DNA of 63,228 nt, filler included, from Reticulomyxa filosa (GCA_000512085.1; 17 parts of 17 records of this genome joined end to end with filler, not necessarily neighbours in it); one strand, 5' to 3'. Positions 23,013 through 37,458 are shown, counted from the first letter of the whole stretch. Numbers and translations: made by a program. The notes: generated from the sequence alone by a model not told the origin.

Positions 23013-26000
23013 TCAGGTGACAACCAATTGATCTCCTCTTCTGCATGTGGCACACTCCTCTGGGAGTGGTAGCAACATTACATTGTGGTCATCACATCCA
23101 CACGCTACAAATTCATTGTATGGAGAAAAGTCGATACTGTTGATATTTGAAGGCGCTTTGAAAGCACACATTTCCTTACACTCTTTAATACTATTTTTAT
23201 GCTGAGAATTTTTTCTTTTTATTTGTTCTTTGTTTTCTTTGCCTGGACTTTCGTTTTCTCGAGTTTCTTGGCTGTTGTTTTTATCGGTGGTTACGTCGGA
23301 GGATGGTGAATTGAATTGTTTCAAATGATAAACATAGATTATTCCATCAATGTCAGCACTGGCAATGTACCGATTCATAACGTCAATACTTAGACATTTA
23401 ACTTCTCGTTCATGTTTTGTAAATCCTGCTACTTGTTGCCAACCTGATTTACTATCCCAAATTTTAATAGTTGTATCTGAGCTACCACTGATCAAAAACT
23501 GACCACTTCGATCAAAAGAAATGCAATTGACAGAATAGCGATGACCGTGAATGACATGAATTAATTCACAAATTTGAGACAAAGCACTCTCGCTGGAGTT
23601 AACACTGGAGTTCACATTTTTGGAAATTTGTGGATTAAATTTAAAAACATTAATTTGCGAATGAAAAATTCCAATGGCAATATATTTCATGTTTGGTGAA
23701 ATACAAACACATTGAATATCATTGATATCATTGCCAGCGCTACCCTGTTGTGCCTTAACACGTGCTAACTCAATCTCTTTTTCGACATCATAAATGGTTA
23801 GGCATCTACCAATGCAAAACAACAGATAACGCCCATTTGGGCTCCACACACAATCTTTGACTTCCTTTCTCCGTAAGCGTTTTTTACGGTGTAGTATGTC
23901 TCGTGTGTACCCTTTTGGGAAATGATGCAGAATTTTACCTTCTCTCCAATCCCATATTTGTACACCTTGTCCGGCCACGGCCAAAAAATTGCCATTCGGT
24001 GACCATCGTACACAATGAACATAAAAATCATGATCCAACACTCGTTTAGTTTTAATGATATCGCAATCCATGACATCATGCACCAATACCGTATAATCAC
24101 AAGAACCAGATGCGATCAAATCCAAATATGGATGGTTATGTACGCTTGTCACTTCCGCATTGTGTCGGCGTTTGAATGACAAACGATAAAGGATACTCCA
24201 ATTCCACCACAATATTATCAATATTTTAAGATACACCAAACCCGAAATAGCCCAAATGATATAGATCACAATTTTATGAATTGGCACGTTTTCGTGGCTT
24301 TGTGTAGAAAATACGTATGTTTGAAGAATCAATTGTGGAGTTGTTTCAAATACACATTCCACAACAGCGTAGGCCAAGAGATACGGATTTTCAAAATTTT
24401 TCCCATAAAACAATGAAAATGACTTCTATATTGTATTTGTATTAGCGTTTATCCTTTTCGTTGGAAAGTCATTTGATACACACAAAAGATATTGATAGTT
24501 TACAGCTCAATATGTGATGTGAGTGTGAAAGAAATAACCTTCATCGCCAAATAGACCAAATAAAAGGGGATCAAAGGTGTCCCAAGCAAAATGAGTACTT
24601 CCCATAAACAACAAATGGCAACATCTGATTTGCTGTCAAATCTAGAATCGGCCCAAACTGAACCGGGAAAATAGAAAATGAACAATTTCCAAAACGTGAT
24701 CTTGTCATCGTCCGTAGCACGTAAAAACAAGAATAATCGCAATGACAAAAACAGGATAATCAGAGATATGACAAAGAGTGGGATTTTATCACATGTCAAA
24801 AGGCGAAAGACAACATAAAAGTCTTTGCAATAATCTAAGACAGTTGTCCATGAGATTAGTAAAATGAAGAGACGTCCAAAGCATGTGCGATGCATGCAAA
24901 AGTCCAAACAACGTGTAGGACAATACCACTCCCGTGCATTGTATTTGTGTTTTTCCTCTGCATTTAGCTCTTCTTCAAACACATATGTGCTGGCCCTTCG
25001 CAAGGACACGGTTACATTCTTGCGGTCCTCTGTGTCTTTTGTTCGTTGATTGCATTCACAAGTCGTGATTGTAAACGTGAATCACGGCAGTGCACAAAAC
25101 GTAGGTAAAAAGAAGAAAAGAGAAAAAACGAACCAGACAAATCTTTTGCAAAATCAATCGTTGTTTTTGTCGTTGTGACTTTGTGCGTAGGATTATCAAT
25201 AACTGCAAGGCTGGTTGGATTAGCACCGTTCGGACTGATGTTCGAGGGTTTCAATTCATTGAATCCCGCCAAAGGAACAGCCACTAGCGGTATTTTGCTC
25301 TCTTGATCATTGCTCGGATCAACAGACATTACTTGACTTTGACTGATTTGGCGATTGTTGGGTGGTATTTGAGGTCCATTATGTGCATTGCCATTCTTGA
25401 CCGTGGCATTATTTCCCTGACTCATCAAATTGGTTGCACCGATCATTTTGCGTTTTCCATTGGTATGTGCCAATTTCTGCGTTTTTTTAATTTGTTTTGA
25501 TGCTGCAGGTGCCGTGGATACTTTTTGAATAAAAATTGTTCCTTCTCCAAATGTCACTTTCTTGCTCACCATTCCGTGTTTGTCCATCGCACCTAAACGC
25601 AGTGATGCTATACTACTGTTGCTCATGTCATTCGTTGTGCTTTCGTCTCCTTTGTTTCGATCGTCGCCGTCCACCGTTTTTCTCCGTTTTTGTTTCTTCG
25701 AGTTTTTTGCTTCATCAATATCGGATTCAATCAGCACTGGCGGCAAGCTATTGTGTCGCAATGTTACCTGCTCAGAAGGTAAATATTCAACTTCATCAGG
25801 TGATGGTAGGCATTGCGTACCTACCAACTGTCGCAACTTCGAACTTTTTTTTTTTTTTTTAAACCCCTCCACGTATATTTGAATTATTTTAGTGTTTTTT
25901 TTTTTTTTTTAAAAAATACCTTTCTGACATATCGGGATCTAATGGCTCGACGACGTTGACGCTTGTTTGATTTACCAGTTCAATCTTTTTTTCAGTCTCA

Positions 26001-26299
26001 CTTCCTATCTTTTCGCTTAATGTGTTCACATCATTCTTCTCATCTTGTTTTCTTTTTCCTTGTGTCTCGCGTGGTGATGGGCTTGACTTCACCAAAACTG
26101 TCAATTCTTCTGCATTGTCTTCAGCAGGATTGGCGAGATGATCTTTCAAATCTCGGGAATGTGAGGAAGAACGAGAATGTGAAGGTGTTTGTGGAATAAT
26201 TGTTGTGGGAGCATGATATTCATGTTCCTGTTGTGGATCACATTCATCTTTCTGGTAATTTAACGGTAATCTCTCATTTGTGCTGTGTTCCTCTTCCAT
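23013..26299 (-). CDS. XK-related (XKR/CED-8-like) membrane domain fused to a C-terminal WD40 propeller; long disordered N-terminus
   Basis: TM region with LDYCKDFYVV and ECVFETTPQLILQTY (XKR E.xES.PQL.LQ.Y motif). The same ORF continues into WD repeats (GHRYSVNCISFDRSGQFLISGSSDTTIKIWD). Introns at about 25844-25919, 25040-25135 and 24428-24538. Confidence 0.8.
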
Positions 26300-26668
26300 T
26301 GTTTTTTATCAGTTTTTTTTGTGAGAACCCCATTTTGTTCAAATTTTTTTTGGTAACTTAGTACTGTCCGTTGTGCAATACGAAAGTAAATAGACATGAT
26401 GTTTGATTATGAAAGTAACAAAATTCGTCAACGCTGCTGAATCAGAAAAGTATTACTTGATGATAATTAAAAATGTGGAAAGAGTTATTTATTGACCATT
26501 TTTTACGTGTTAGTCAAAAAACAAGCTTTCTGATATTAATTTTATTTTTGTAGACTGTGTCGAAGTTCTAAACCTTCAAAAAACACAGATTTTTTTGTGG
26601 ATGTGGAAGAACAAGGGAAAGAGTTTTTTTATCATTGGAAGAAAAACCCAATTGTTGACCAAAAAAAA

Positions 26669-26826
26669 ATGGATACAAAAACACGACAGCTCGAAAAACT
26701 CAAGACAACAATTGAAAATCTACGAAATGATTTCGATTTGCTATTGGAATCAACTCACGTTGGTAAAACTCAACTGAAGTACGTTGGGACAAACACAATG
26801 CGATCTGAATTTGAACAGAAAGCTGT
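26669..26826 (+). CDS. 5' fragment of an unidentified protein
   Basis: MDTKTRQLEKLKTTIENLRNDFDLLL..., open to the contig end. Confidence 0.4.
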
Positions 26827-27199
26827 NNNNNNNNNNNNNNNNNNNNNNNNNNNNNNNNNNNNNNNNNNNNTTAATTAATTAANNNNNNNNNNNNNNNNNN
26901 NNNNNNNNNNNNNNNNNNNNNNNNNNGAGAGAAAGATGGATGATAAAAAAAAAAGATTTTTCGGATTGTGATCATTTATTTTTATTATTATTTTTTTTTT
27001 ATTATAATACACTCAACTTGATCTCAACTGCTCATCACAAATGTCAATCAAATATTTGTGCATATTATTGATATATTGATTTGCCCATATAACCGTTTCA
27101 TACTGCTGATCTGATTCCATAAAACTTGGAATAAACCTAATTCTTTTTCTTTGTCATCTATTCTTTCTTCTTCTTCATCTAATTTTAAAGCTTACAATT

Positions 27200-28146
27200 G
27201 TGCTTCTTTTTCAATTATATAAAGAACTCAAACTCCCAAATACAAAGATTACACATAATGGAAGTGATCACCATAATGATAAACATATGATAAAAATGTT
27301 AAGAGTCCAATGTAAATTTTATTTGATCCAATTTTGATGTGTTATTTTTTAAAAAAAGAAATTACAACTTCTAGCAAAATTGTCTTGTCTATTTTCACTT
27401 TAAAAAAAAAAAATATATATATTGAGAAAAGATTTATGAAAGTAATATAAATAAATTATTTCAAATTTGTTTCCATCTTGATTGAATAATTCTGTCAAGC
27501 ATTGCAATAAGCGCAAAACACAACCCAAATACAGAAAAGAGGCTCGTCAAAAAAAATCACACGCCAAAACACTTTATAACACAACAGCAATATCCACTAA
27601 TTTCATTGCTTTTGGTACTGTCAACTTTGATAATTCAAAGAAACTTGAATTTGGGACCAAACGAGCACTTGCCATTAGTAAATGTAATCCGATCGAACTC
27701 AATGTACCAAATACCACAAATAATATAAAACCTTTTATTATCATTTTTTGCGTAAAAGTGTATTTTTTTCTTCTTCCTCTTCTATTGAATAATTTTTTCT
27801 TACAAAAAAAAATATACCTAATATGAATCCACTTCGTGATAATGCATAAGGTAATCCTAATACATCTTCACCAATTATTGTTTTTGTTAAATTTATCACA
27901 CTTACTAACATCGTGGTATTCCCTCCAGAATTTGTTTTTGGAATTAGTCTTGGAGATTCTACAGATATCGAATGCTTAGATTCATCTTCATAATTTTGGA
28001 TTGATTTTTTTATCATCTTTAAATACTATAGAAGAACAACCTCCTAATGTTATATCCGCATTCTCATCATAGTTTATGCTTCCGTCAATAATTGAATCGT
28101 TCCCTAATAGATGTTCTCGTTGTTCGTTTTTATCTTTTTTCAACAT
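27200..28146 (-). pseudogene. Decayed amino acid transporter (AAAP/SLC38/AVT family)
   Basis: SVINLTKTIIGEDVLGLPYALSRSG (consensus N...IIGAGVL.LP.A...G), LHLLMASA and LVDIAVVIKCFGV*, with frameshifts and stops. Confidence 0.75.
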
Positions 28147-29439
28147 ATTTCTTAATGATTAAGAGAGATTTACAACACGAACAATAAAGTCACGAACTTG
28201 ACCAATGAAGGAGGTAAGTTAAATATTTCAATTTATTTTGCGACTCGTATCTTATGAAAAAAAAAAACAATGTTTTATACTTTCCAGTGGCTTTAAATAC
28301 GAAAGTTAATTTAAATAAAAACAAAGATTATACACGTTCATATGATCAATTATGATGTCAACTTCCAAGTTAAGTGTTTGTTTCCAATTTCAAGATACAC
28401 AACCTGTTGTAAGGTAAGTCCATACTTAGATTGTTGAACTCTAAAATCTTTGAGGAGCCACCAAACTTTCTTCACTTTTTTTTTTTTGCTGTTTCCTTTG
28501 TTGATGTTTCTTTTTTATACTACGTTTGATGGGATTTGTTTTTTCTCCTCTTTCAATTTGTTATCATACTATGTTTGTGAATATTTTTTAACAAGTGGAT
28601 AATGACCTATTTTCAAAACAATTGCTTTCTTAGTTAAAAGAATATAAAGCTATTTTCTACAACACAGAAAGAACTCCGTAATGCCATACTCACATAAAAA
28701 TCTTATAATAAAACTAAAAATTAGTTTTTTTGAACAAACTAAATTTTAATAAAAAAGATATAGTATAAAAAAGAAAGTTGACACATAAAACGGTACTTTA
28801 TGAAGATTATATTTTCTCCATTAAAAAACAACATTTAATAAAATTGTTTAAAAATCACAAATCGTGTAGTTTTTAAATGTCATTTTGGTTTTTTATTTAT
28901 CTTTAGAAATTTTTTCCTCCGCCCCTTTTTTAAATCTAAGCGTGTTATTCATTTAAACTTTTTTTTGATTTATGTATTTTATTTGACATTAGTTGTTTTA
29001 ATCGTACTTTATTTGTTATTTGTGTTTTATTGAGGATTTTGCTGAAAAAACCTGACTCTTTCAACAAAGCAATCTAGTGATTATAAAGAAAAAAATGTCA
29101 AAGTTTCTGAAGTTTTAACTGTAAAACCCTTAATTAAGTCTTTGTCGTTTCAGAAGCAATTACATCAAACCATTTTTTATAAAGCAATTAAAGTAATAAA
29201 AACAAAATAAACAAGCAAAAAACCGAGAAGAAAGAAAAAAATATTAATAAACTTCATAAAAATATTGAAAAAACAAAAAAAAATTTTCGTAGTGTATTTT
29301 ACAAAAATGCTTAAAAACGAATTGCAAGTTTCATGAATACGAGAAAAACGCAAACATGGCTTTTTTCGAAAATTTCAAAAACCAAATAAAAGATTCGACT
29401 TTTTGAAAATTTCTATATAAAATAAAACCAAAATTATAT

Positions 29440-29520
29440 TTTAAAACTATTATATTCTAGATATTCTTAAAATTTTGTTTAAATATTGTTTTTCATGAAA
29501 AAATCAATTATCTTCATAAA
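29440..29520 (+). repeat. Dispersed AT-rich repeat, copy 1
   Basis: aaaacta..tagatatt..aaaatt.tgt.taaat.ttg.ttttcatg..aaaatcaattatc.tcataa aligns by eye with 42341-42432. Confidence 0.6.
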
Positions 29521-30754
29521 ATTACTTTTTATGCTTAAACTTTTTTATTAAAAATTTTTTTTAAAAGAAGTGTCGTAAATATACAATGATAATATTATTA
29601 TTTACTTCACTTATGTACATATCATTTTGATTAAATAGAAAAAATAATATAAAAAAAGTACAGTTGAATATACAACAATTTTCTAATTATATAATCATAA
29701 ACTAAATATTGTGATTTAAATATACAAGTGTCCACAAAAATCAGCACATGAATCACACTTTTAAAAATTGTTTTTTTAAGAATATAATTTATTTTATTTA
29801 CAGTTAAACTTATTACTTATACTTACAAAACTTGGTCTAGAAATAAATGTTAGCTAACTTTGTGAATATTCTTAAAGTGTTATGAAATATTCTTTGTATT
29901 TTAATTTTTACCCAAAAAAAGTAGAATCACCAACACACGCAGCTAAACGGATAGTAGCATGATATATTATCGTACTACCTTGCCACTTTTATACGCCAGC
30001 ACCCAATCGTTTTGTGATCAAATGAATATCAGTCTAGCCAGCATGTGAATGCCACAAGCGCGTGCCCACTATCATCACTTTATTAAAATTTTGCTTGTGA
30101 AAAAACGAAATAAAAAAACAGCACATTCAAAGCCAAAAAAAAAAAAAAGAGAAAAAAAAAGCCGATTGAACATTGCATGTGATTAGACAACAGAAACCAA
30201 TCAAAAGGCAAATCATCCAATCAAAAAGATTACAAAACATAACAAAAAAATAAACAAAAAAAAACAACGAAATAAAACAACAGCGCTTGTGTAATGAGCA
30301 AAAGAGCCAAAAAACACCGATAATACACAGTGCAATAATTGACAGCGATGTTTTTTATTTCTTTATTTTTTTTTGTTGATTGTATTCCTTTCAAAATGAA
30401 AATCGTAAAACCAAACTCAAAAGGAATAAAATTTCGAAGAAGGAGAACAGAAGAACAAACAAAGCAACAACCTGACATATACAAAATATTCCCTGTTTGC
30501 CCTTTAGCCTTTAGTCATAGTATCACCAACAAACAAAAGGCATATGAGCTAACCTAAAGCTGTTGAAATACAGGACTGAGCATGAGAAAGGGAAAAAACT
30601 CCCTCCCATAAATGTAAGCACTTTTGTTTTTTGCTCTTTTGGGGGTTTTTTACGCCAATTTCTCTGCATCCTTCTTTCATTAGTCCACAAACACAAAAAA
30701 GGCAAAACAAAACCAAAACCAAACAAACGACCAAACAACTAGACAACAGAGCTC

Positions 30755-33700
30755 TCAAAATCCTTCGCACCAGTGATAAATTTCGCCTGTAGGATCATCC
30801 AAAAGTTCTTCTTCAAGATCTTCAATTTGAAGATATTCAAAATTTCTCAAATCATATTTGTTTTCAATACGAGGAATGTAGGGAGCACGTGGTTCTTGTG
30901 TTTTCATTTTGGTCCAATTAATGTTCTTCGCAAGTAGTCATCATCCCCCCCCCCCGCGAAAACATTTGCAATGGCACATATACATATACGTTTCAGCAAA
31001 GAAGACCTCTTCCCTCTTTTATTTATTGGATTTATGTTAACTTGGAACCAAGGATGTTTCTTGACATCTTTCGCTCCATGTTCACCACTTCCAAGCCGTT
31101 TGTGGGGTTGCTTTTTCAAAAGAGATGCGATAATATCCTGTGCGTGCGCAGAAACGACAGGACGTTCAGGGAATTCGACAGGTGAGGTAAGAATTTTCTC
31201 GTACATTTTGACTTGAGCATCCTGTCGAAAAGGAGGAATTCCAAACAACATTTCATAAATGAACACGCCCAAAGCCCACCAATCCACAGTTGCTTCCTGT
31301 CGCAACGATTGAATAGTTTCCGGAGGTAAATACTCTGCAGTTCCGCACAAGGAGCACGAGCTGTGGAAACATTTCAATAACAACAACAAAATTTCGTTGG
31401 ATTAAGTATCGACAAATAGCAACAAATAACACGACACGTATACACAAGAATAGATTGAAAAAAAAAAAAGTACGTAACTCATCTTGATATTTGGCAAAAC
31501 CGAAATCAATTAGTTTGCAATAGCCGTTGCTTGCTAACAATAAATTTTCAGGTTTCAAATCTCGAAAAATAAGTTTTTTGGAGTGAATATGCTCAAAAGC
31601 GCAAACCACACAGCCAGCATAGAAGCGTGCGACAGGTTCTTCGAATTTCTTGTTGAATCGCAAAAGATAGAACAACTCTCCGCCCAAAACAGCTTCGAGG
31701 AGCAAATAGACATTTAGTTTGTCTTGGTAGGTGGCAAACAAACGAACACAAAAATCGCTATCGACAGTTGCTAAAATACGTCTCTCATTTTGGACGTGTC
31801 GTTCTTGTCCAGTGTCAACCACTTTGTTCTTGCGAATTTTCTTTAGCGAATACGTGGTTTGCGTGGCCAGGTCCTCCACCAGAGACACTGTACCAAATGC
31901 ACCAGCACCCAAAATGCCAATGGTTCGTAGCTTGGACAAAGGAGTGTTAATTCGATTGACAAATTTTGGATTTTCTTTGTCGTCGTTTGGTTTTTTGGAT
32001 TTGGAGCCACTCAATTTTAGCATGGAGGGTTCGTCGCGTTCCTCTTCTCCGTTTTCGTCTCCTGCCCCTTCTTCTCCTCCGCCTTCGTCGTCATCCTCGT
32101 CATTGGCCGCCATGCTTATCTCTTCCTCTCCGCCAACGGGGATGCCACTGCCACTGACACTGACACTACCCTCCGCGACGTGGCTGGACGGAAGTGGGTT
32201 TTCATCGATCGAGTTGAACTCCATCATCAACTGCTTGAAGTATGAAGAGCGAAGAGCAAACGTCTTTAGTGTCTTCGAGGCCACTTTGATGGTCAATTCG
32301 TGAGGAGAGCCATTTTGGATTTCTTTGTCTCCAAAATACGCCGGTGATGCTTTCGTCGCCTCATATGCCTGCACTTTGACCTCCTTGCATTTCTTCGGAT
32401 CATATTTCCATCCAATGGCACTGCCGCTTACAATTATTTGAAAAAATACCACGTTCTCGCCTTCCGTTGTTATTTTGTCATTGTATCGATATGTTATTGT
32501 GCGCAGGTTGTCACACATTTTCGACAGTTGGTCGGGCGTGCAGTCCTCTATTGTATGTATGTATGTCAAAGTGCATTTGTCATTATTTTCCTTCTTTTGT
32601 TGTAAATCATTACACGAACTCATCCCAACATCAACAAGAAGGGAACAAAAAAAAAAAATAAAAAAAAAAAAAAAAAAAAAACAGACATGCCCACAATTGT
32701 TATTCTCTTTGAGTTTACTATTGAACTGAAAAAAGGCACAGCTTGAAGCGTTCTGGACTTCTCTCCTGGAGTCTTTTTCAGTTGCATAAACACATTTCCA
32801 TCCAATGCCCATAGTCGACAGTATTCCATAGCCTCGATGGTCGTCGTCGGCTGCTCACCATATAGCAAGGTATTCTCTCCAAATGTGTTTTTACGATGGT
32901 AATGTTCACTTTTGCGTCGATGCGTTGAACGTGCGAGCAACGACGACGACGAGCCTCCAGTAAGCGGGTCGATGCTATCGAGATGTCCTCGAAGACGTCC
33001 CTTTTCAATCACAAAAAACGCTTGGTTGGGATGCCCTTTGCTAATTAGACGATCTCCTTTGCGCATTTCAACGCAATACATCAAAGTCACTGCTTTTTTT
33101 ATCATTTTGGTTCCAAAGGTTTTGAACAGTGTATTTTTGGACAGCACATTCTGCAAAAACTGTTAGTATTTCGCACAGTCGAAAGGGTTACAATTGTGTG
33201 AACAAATGAACAGATAATAATAACATATAAATAATAAAAATAAAAATAAAAACAACAAACTGCAGATATTTTGGATGATTTTTCAGTGATTTTGTCAGTG
33301 ACAAGTCTCAAATGGAAAGACTCCAAGCCTTTGAACGATTGCTCAAAAAAAGTCCTTTTTTTGCGATAACGTGGCGACGAAGCGTGTGCCTCTTCTTTTC
33401 GTTCGATGGGCGACAGAACCTCCTCTTTACTTTGATTTAAAATCTCTTTGCTATGTTGTCGACTGTTTTCTGTTTGTTTCGAGCTTCGTTGTCGACGCTC
33501 TCGTCTGCTTCCAATCTTTTCTTTTTTTTTGGGTTTGGGATTGGAAGGGGAGTGGGAGCGAGAAGGAGAACGCGAGTCAGGACGTGAGCGCGGAGAGCGA
33601 GAATTGGAAGGGGAGTGGGATCGAGAACGGGAATGAGAGCGAGATGGAGAGCGCGAATGCGATCGTGAGTGAGAGCGAGAGGACTGGGAGAAGCGGAGGG

Positions 33701-34119
33701 AGACCGAGATGGAGATTGAGGCGGATTTTGAGACAATTTCTTTGACCTATTTTTGGAGCGATTTTTCCCGTCTTTTGTTCGCAATTTGGATTTCTTTGTT
33801 TTCGAAACTTTGCCTTTGCTCCTTACTTTTGCAAGGACCTCGTTTCCATTGTCATTGCCATTTCCGTTATCCATGGTCATTGTTGCATTGTTATTGCCAT
33901 TGTCATTCGCATTCGCATTTGCATTTGCATTTGCATTTGCATTGCCATTGCCACTTACATTGGCATTGATATTGGAACTGGTGATAATACTGGCATTGAT
34001 GTTGACAGTGAGATTAGCACCAATGTTTGCATTGCCATTTCCAGTGGTACTGACATTGATATTGGCATTAGCATTGGCATTGGCATTCGAATTAGAATTA
34101 GAATTAGAATTGGTTGGAA
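30755..34119 (-). CDS. cGMP-dependent protein kinase-like AGC kinase with two cNMP-binding domains; 5' truncated
   Basis: cNMP domains (FFVIEKG...FGENTLL; FQIIVSG...YFGDKEI). Kinase motifs LGAGAFGTV, FRDLKPEN, DFGFAK, LCGTAEYLPPE, VDWWALG. AGC tail APYIPRI..DLRNF..WCEGF*. N-terminal N/A repeats and an SR-rich tract with a 1-nt frameshift near 33680. Confidence 0.9.
33840..34118 (-). repeat. Coding hexamer repeats (Asn-Ala/Asn-Gly/Asn-Ser)
   Basis: (gcattt/gcattg/gaatta)n on the + strand, within the kinase N-terminal region. Confidence 0.8.
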
Positions 34120-35616
34120 NNNNNNNNNNNNNNNNNNNNNNNNNNNNNNNNNNNNNNNNNNNNTTAATTAATTAANNNNNNNNNNNNNNNNNNNNNNNNN
34201 NNNNNNNNNNNNNNNNNNNGCAGGCAAGATTGGAAAAAGAATGCAAAAGACATAAAGCCAGAATCTCATTTGACGTAAGCAAGCTGAAGATACTGACCGT
34301 AGGTTCCGTAACTTGGGCTCCCGAAATCAGGATCAAGATAGTTCAAGAACTTGTTGTGGCAACAAAAAGAAATATTTAAAACAAATAACCAAAAAAAGTG
34401 TTTGTCGCTTGAAAAATTCTACAAAACATAGAATGTAAGTGTTAAAACATATTTCCACTAACTTCCTTATTTAAAGAGCTATGTCCCTTGGATCGGGGCT
34501 CGTAACTTGCAAAAAAAAAAATATATATGTACATATATGTAAAATTACAGACTTGTAACTTAAGTAGATTCAGAGAAAAAATAATAACTTTTTAAATAAC
34601 CTGATTTTTCGGCGTTGTTCAATTTTTTTTTGATAATACTGTATAATTTGCATTATATTGATGTAAAAGTTTTTATTAAGACAAATCAGTTAGAAGATCA
34701 CTTATTAACACTGTTAGTACGTCCGAAAAGACGATCAGCGATTTAGCGTATTTTTTTCATTTGTTTAAGTATTGGGTTGTTCTCTTAGTAATTTAAGTGT
34801 TGAATAATATCAATTATAACTCTTTTCAGAATGATGATAAACATTGTTTCATGAACTATCAGCAATGGATTCAAAAGCCAAAGAAAATATTTTGAGATAA
34901 ATTATTGAACGTGTTAACAACAAATAACATTTCCTATTGTAGAGAATTTGGAGAAGTAAGTTTTAAGAAAAGAGAAAATGATTTTGTTTAACTAAAATAA
35001 AAAAGAAAGACGAAATATTGGTGTTATTATGATTCCATTTAACGTAGAATATCACTACACAGAAAATTGAGTAGCGATGAGATCTTTAATTTTAAATAAA
35101 AACAAGATATTGCTGTAGCTTCAAAAAAGATACGAAGAAAAAATACTATTTTGGCATGAGATAGAACATGAATTATTCAATTGGTATTTTCTTAAACAAT
35201 TTGATTGATGAAAAAGAATTCAAAGATAAAACCAAACGGACACAAACAAAAGAAAATTTTTTGTAGAGTGTCGTTTTACTTACTTTTATTTTGACTTTAG
35301 AAAATAAAATATCGTCAGAAAACACAACACACACAAAATCTACGCAACAATGAATTGGCAACTTGCATCCTACGGAAGGGAGGAGAACGCAAGAAGCCGA
35401 CAAAAAAGGAACAAATTTGACAATGCATGAATATCAATCACTTTTGAAAGAAACACTTACAAAAAGAGATAAACAAAAAATTGTCACCAAAAAAAAAATT
35501 CTTGGTCTTTATCGGCATAAGGCTAGGTTTTTTTATTTTTTTTTACTTGTATTGGCTATAATAAACACAAAGCACAAGATGTTGGTAAAAATCATAGTTT
35601 TTTTTTTATTTATTGG

Positions 35617-36066
35617 TCAAGAGACAACTCTGTCCAAGAGAGGGAGAGAAAAAAAACCCCCGATAAAACTTAACTTTCCAGTAATCCGTTCAATTTTGTT
35701 GATAATGTGTTTACCAAACATGAGTTTGCGCAAATTCGGGACAAGTTCGAATATGCGATTAATAAGTCGATTTCTTTGTTGTTGAGTTGCAATCTCTAAA
35801 ATTTTTTGGATGACGTAATTTCCATATTGATCTCGTACCATTTGCATAATCGGTGGTCTTTAAACAAATTCACAGCATATGAAGGAGGAAGCAAAATGAC
35901 ATTGGAGTGCAATCCAAATATCAAAAAAAAAAAAAAAAAAGCGCAGCACACACACACACACACACATACAAATGCATGCGACTTAACGTATCGCTATGAT
36001 AACCCATGATGTGTTCAATCAGCATATCTTTTTCATCTTCACGAGATTGAGTGAAGCATTTCTCAA
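35617..36066 (-). CDS. Pumilio/PUF protein, C-terminal repeats (3' fragment)
   Basis: EKCF...DMLIEHI and MVRDQYGNYVIQKILE...LRKLMFGKHIINKIE correspond to Puf repeat 8 and the C-terminal cap. Confidence 0.9.
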
Positions 36067-37458
36067 NNNNNNNNNNNNNNNNNNNNNNNNNNNNNNNNNN
36101 NNNNNNNNNNTTAATTAATTAANNNNNNNNNNNNNNNNNNNNNNNNNNNNNNNNNNNNNNNNNNNNTGGAAAAAAATGTAATTGAAATATAGTCACACAA
36201 GTGTATACTCGCAATGGCTTTGGAATTTATTTTTTAATACGTTGAATTATTAAGTGCAAACGTCTTCTGGTTCTGCTTATGGACTGAATAAAGCTTATAG
36301 AGACTTCGCATAGACAGTACTTGCTTCAATACAAAATGGTTGACCCGATTTCATCTTCATTTGTTGCAGTTCCTCAATGTAAGATTTGTAAATTTGTTCA
36401 TCTCTTTCTCTTTTGCTTTTGAACAATTTTTTTAATTTCATAGGTTACTTTAGTTGAAGAAAAAAATTAACTTAGCTTCACCGACATTGACTTCTGAGCA
36501 CCACGAAATTGGATATTATCTATAAAGAATTAAAATTTTAACTCACAAGAAACCGAGCCAAGTTTATAGGAGCGCTTTGGCATTACTAAAACATCAATTA
36601 AATCAATTGGTGTGTGTGTGTGAAGAAAAAAAACATAAATCAATCAATTTGCTAAATTGATTTAATAGCAATGTTGCTCATGTAGTTTTTTTATGTTTAG
36701 TTGTTGTTTCAACAATTTTTTTTTTTGGTCTAGTTGGGTCATTAATCAATACAATGACAATTTTATTCTTCAAAATCTGATACAGTACTTGTTGCTGTTT
36801 TTGAATTTAATCACAAAAAGCATGTATTCGTTTAGATTTTCTATATATCTTATAGGACAACTTGAAAAACCAATTGAATATCGGGAAATATAGACGAATC
36901 TGGTGGTGAAATAACTCTTGTTTTGGAATTTTTGTTTCAAATAACAATGATTCGAAAGTAGCACTCACATGTTTGGAATAATCATGGGGAATAGAGAGCA
37001 AGTGTCATAAGAGTGGAATAAAGAAACACTGACACTCACAGTAAAAATTAAAGAATTGAGTGCAAGTGTTAAATGAAGAAAAAACATCTTTTTGTACAGC
37101 AAAAATGTATGAAGTGGTGTCACTGAATAAAACGTTTCAGTCAACGTCCTCTTTGTAAACAACAATTACAAGTCGAATTTTAACTTTAGTTCGTTTAACT
37201 TTGACAAAAGTTCAGAGTATATGATATTTGGTTCAGCGCACGTTTGGACTGTGCAAAAGCATCAGTCGTATCGTTTCTTATTTTTGGATTTTTAGTAAAT
37301 TAATGAAGAGGCTGCAAAAATTATTTTTTTTACAATAGCAATGAGTTATTTTAATTAANNNNNNNNNNNNNNNNNNNNNNNNNNNNNNNNNNNNNNNNNN
37401 NNTTAATTAATTAANNNNNNNNNNNNNNNNNNNNNNNNNNNNNNNNNNNNNNNNNNNN

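Noticed and set aside
33670-33690. Programmed ribosomal frameshift in the kinase gene
   Set aside because: There is no slippery heptamer. An indel error in repetitive sequence is more parsimonious.
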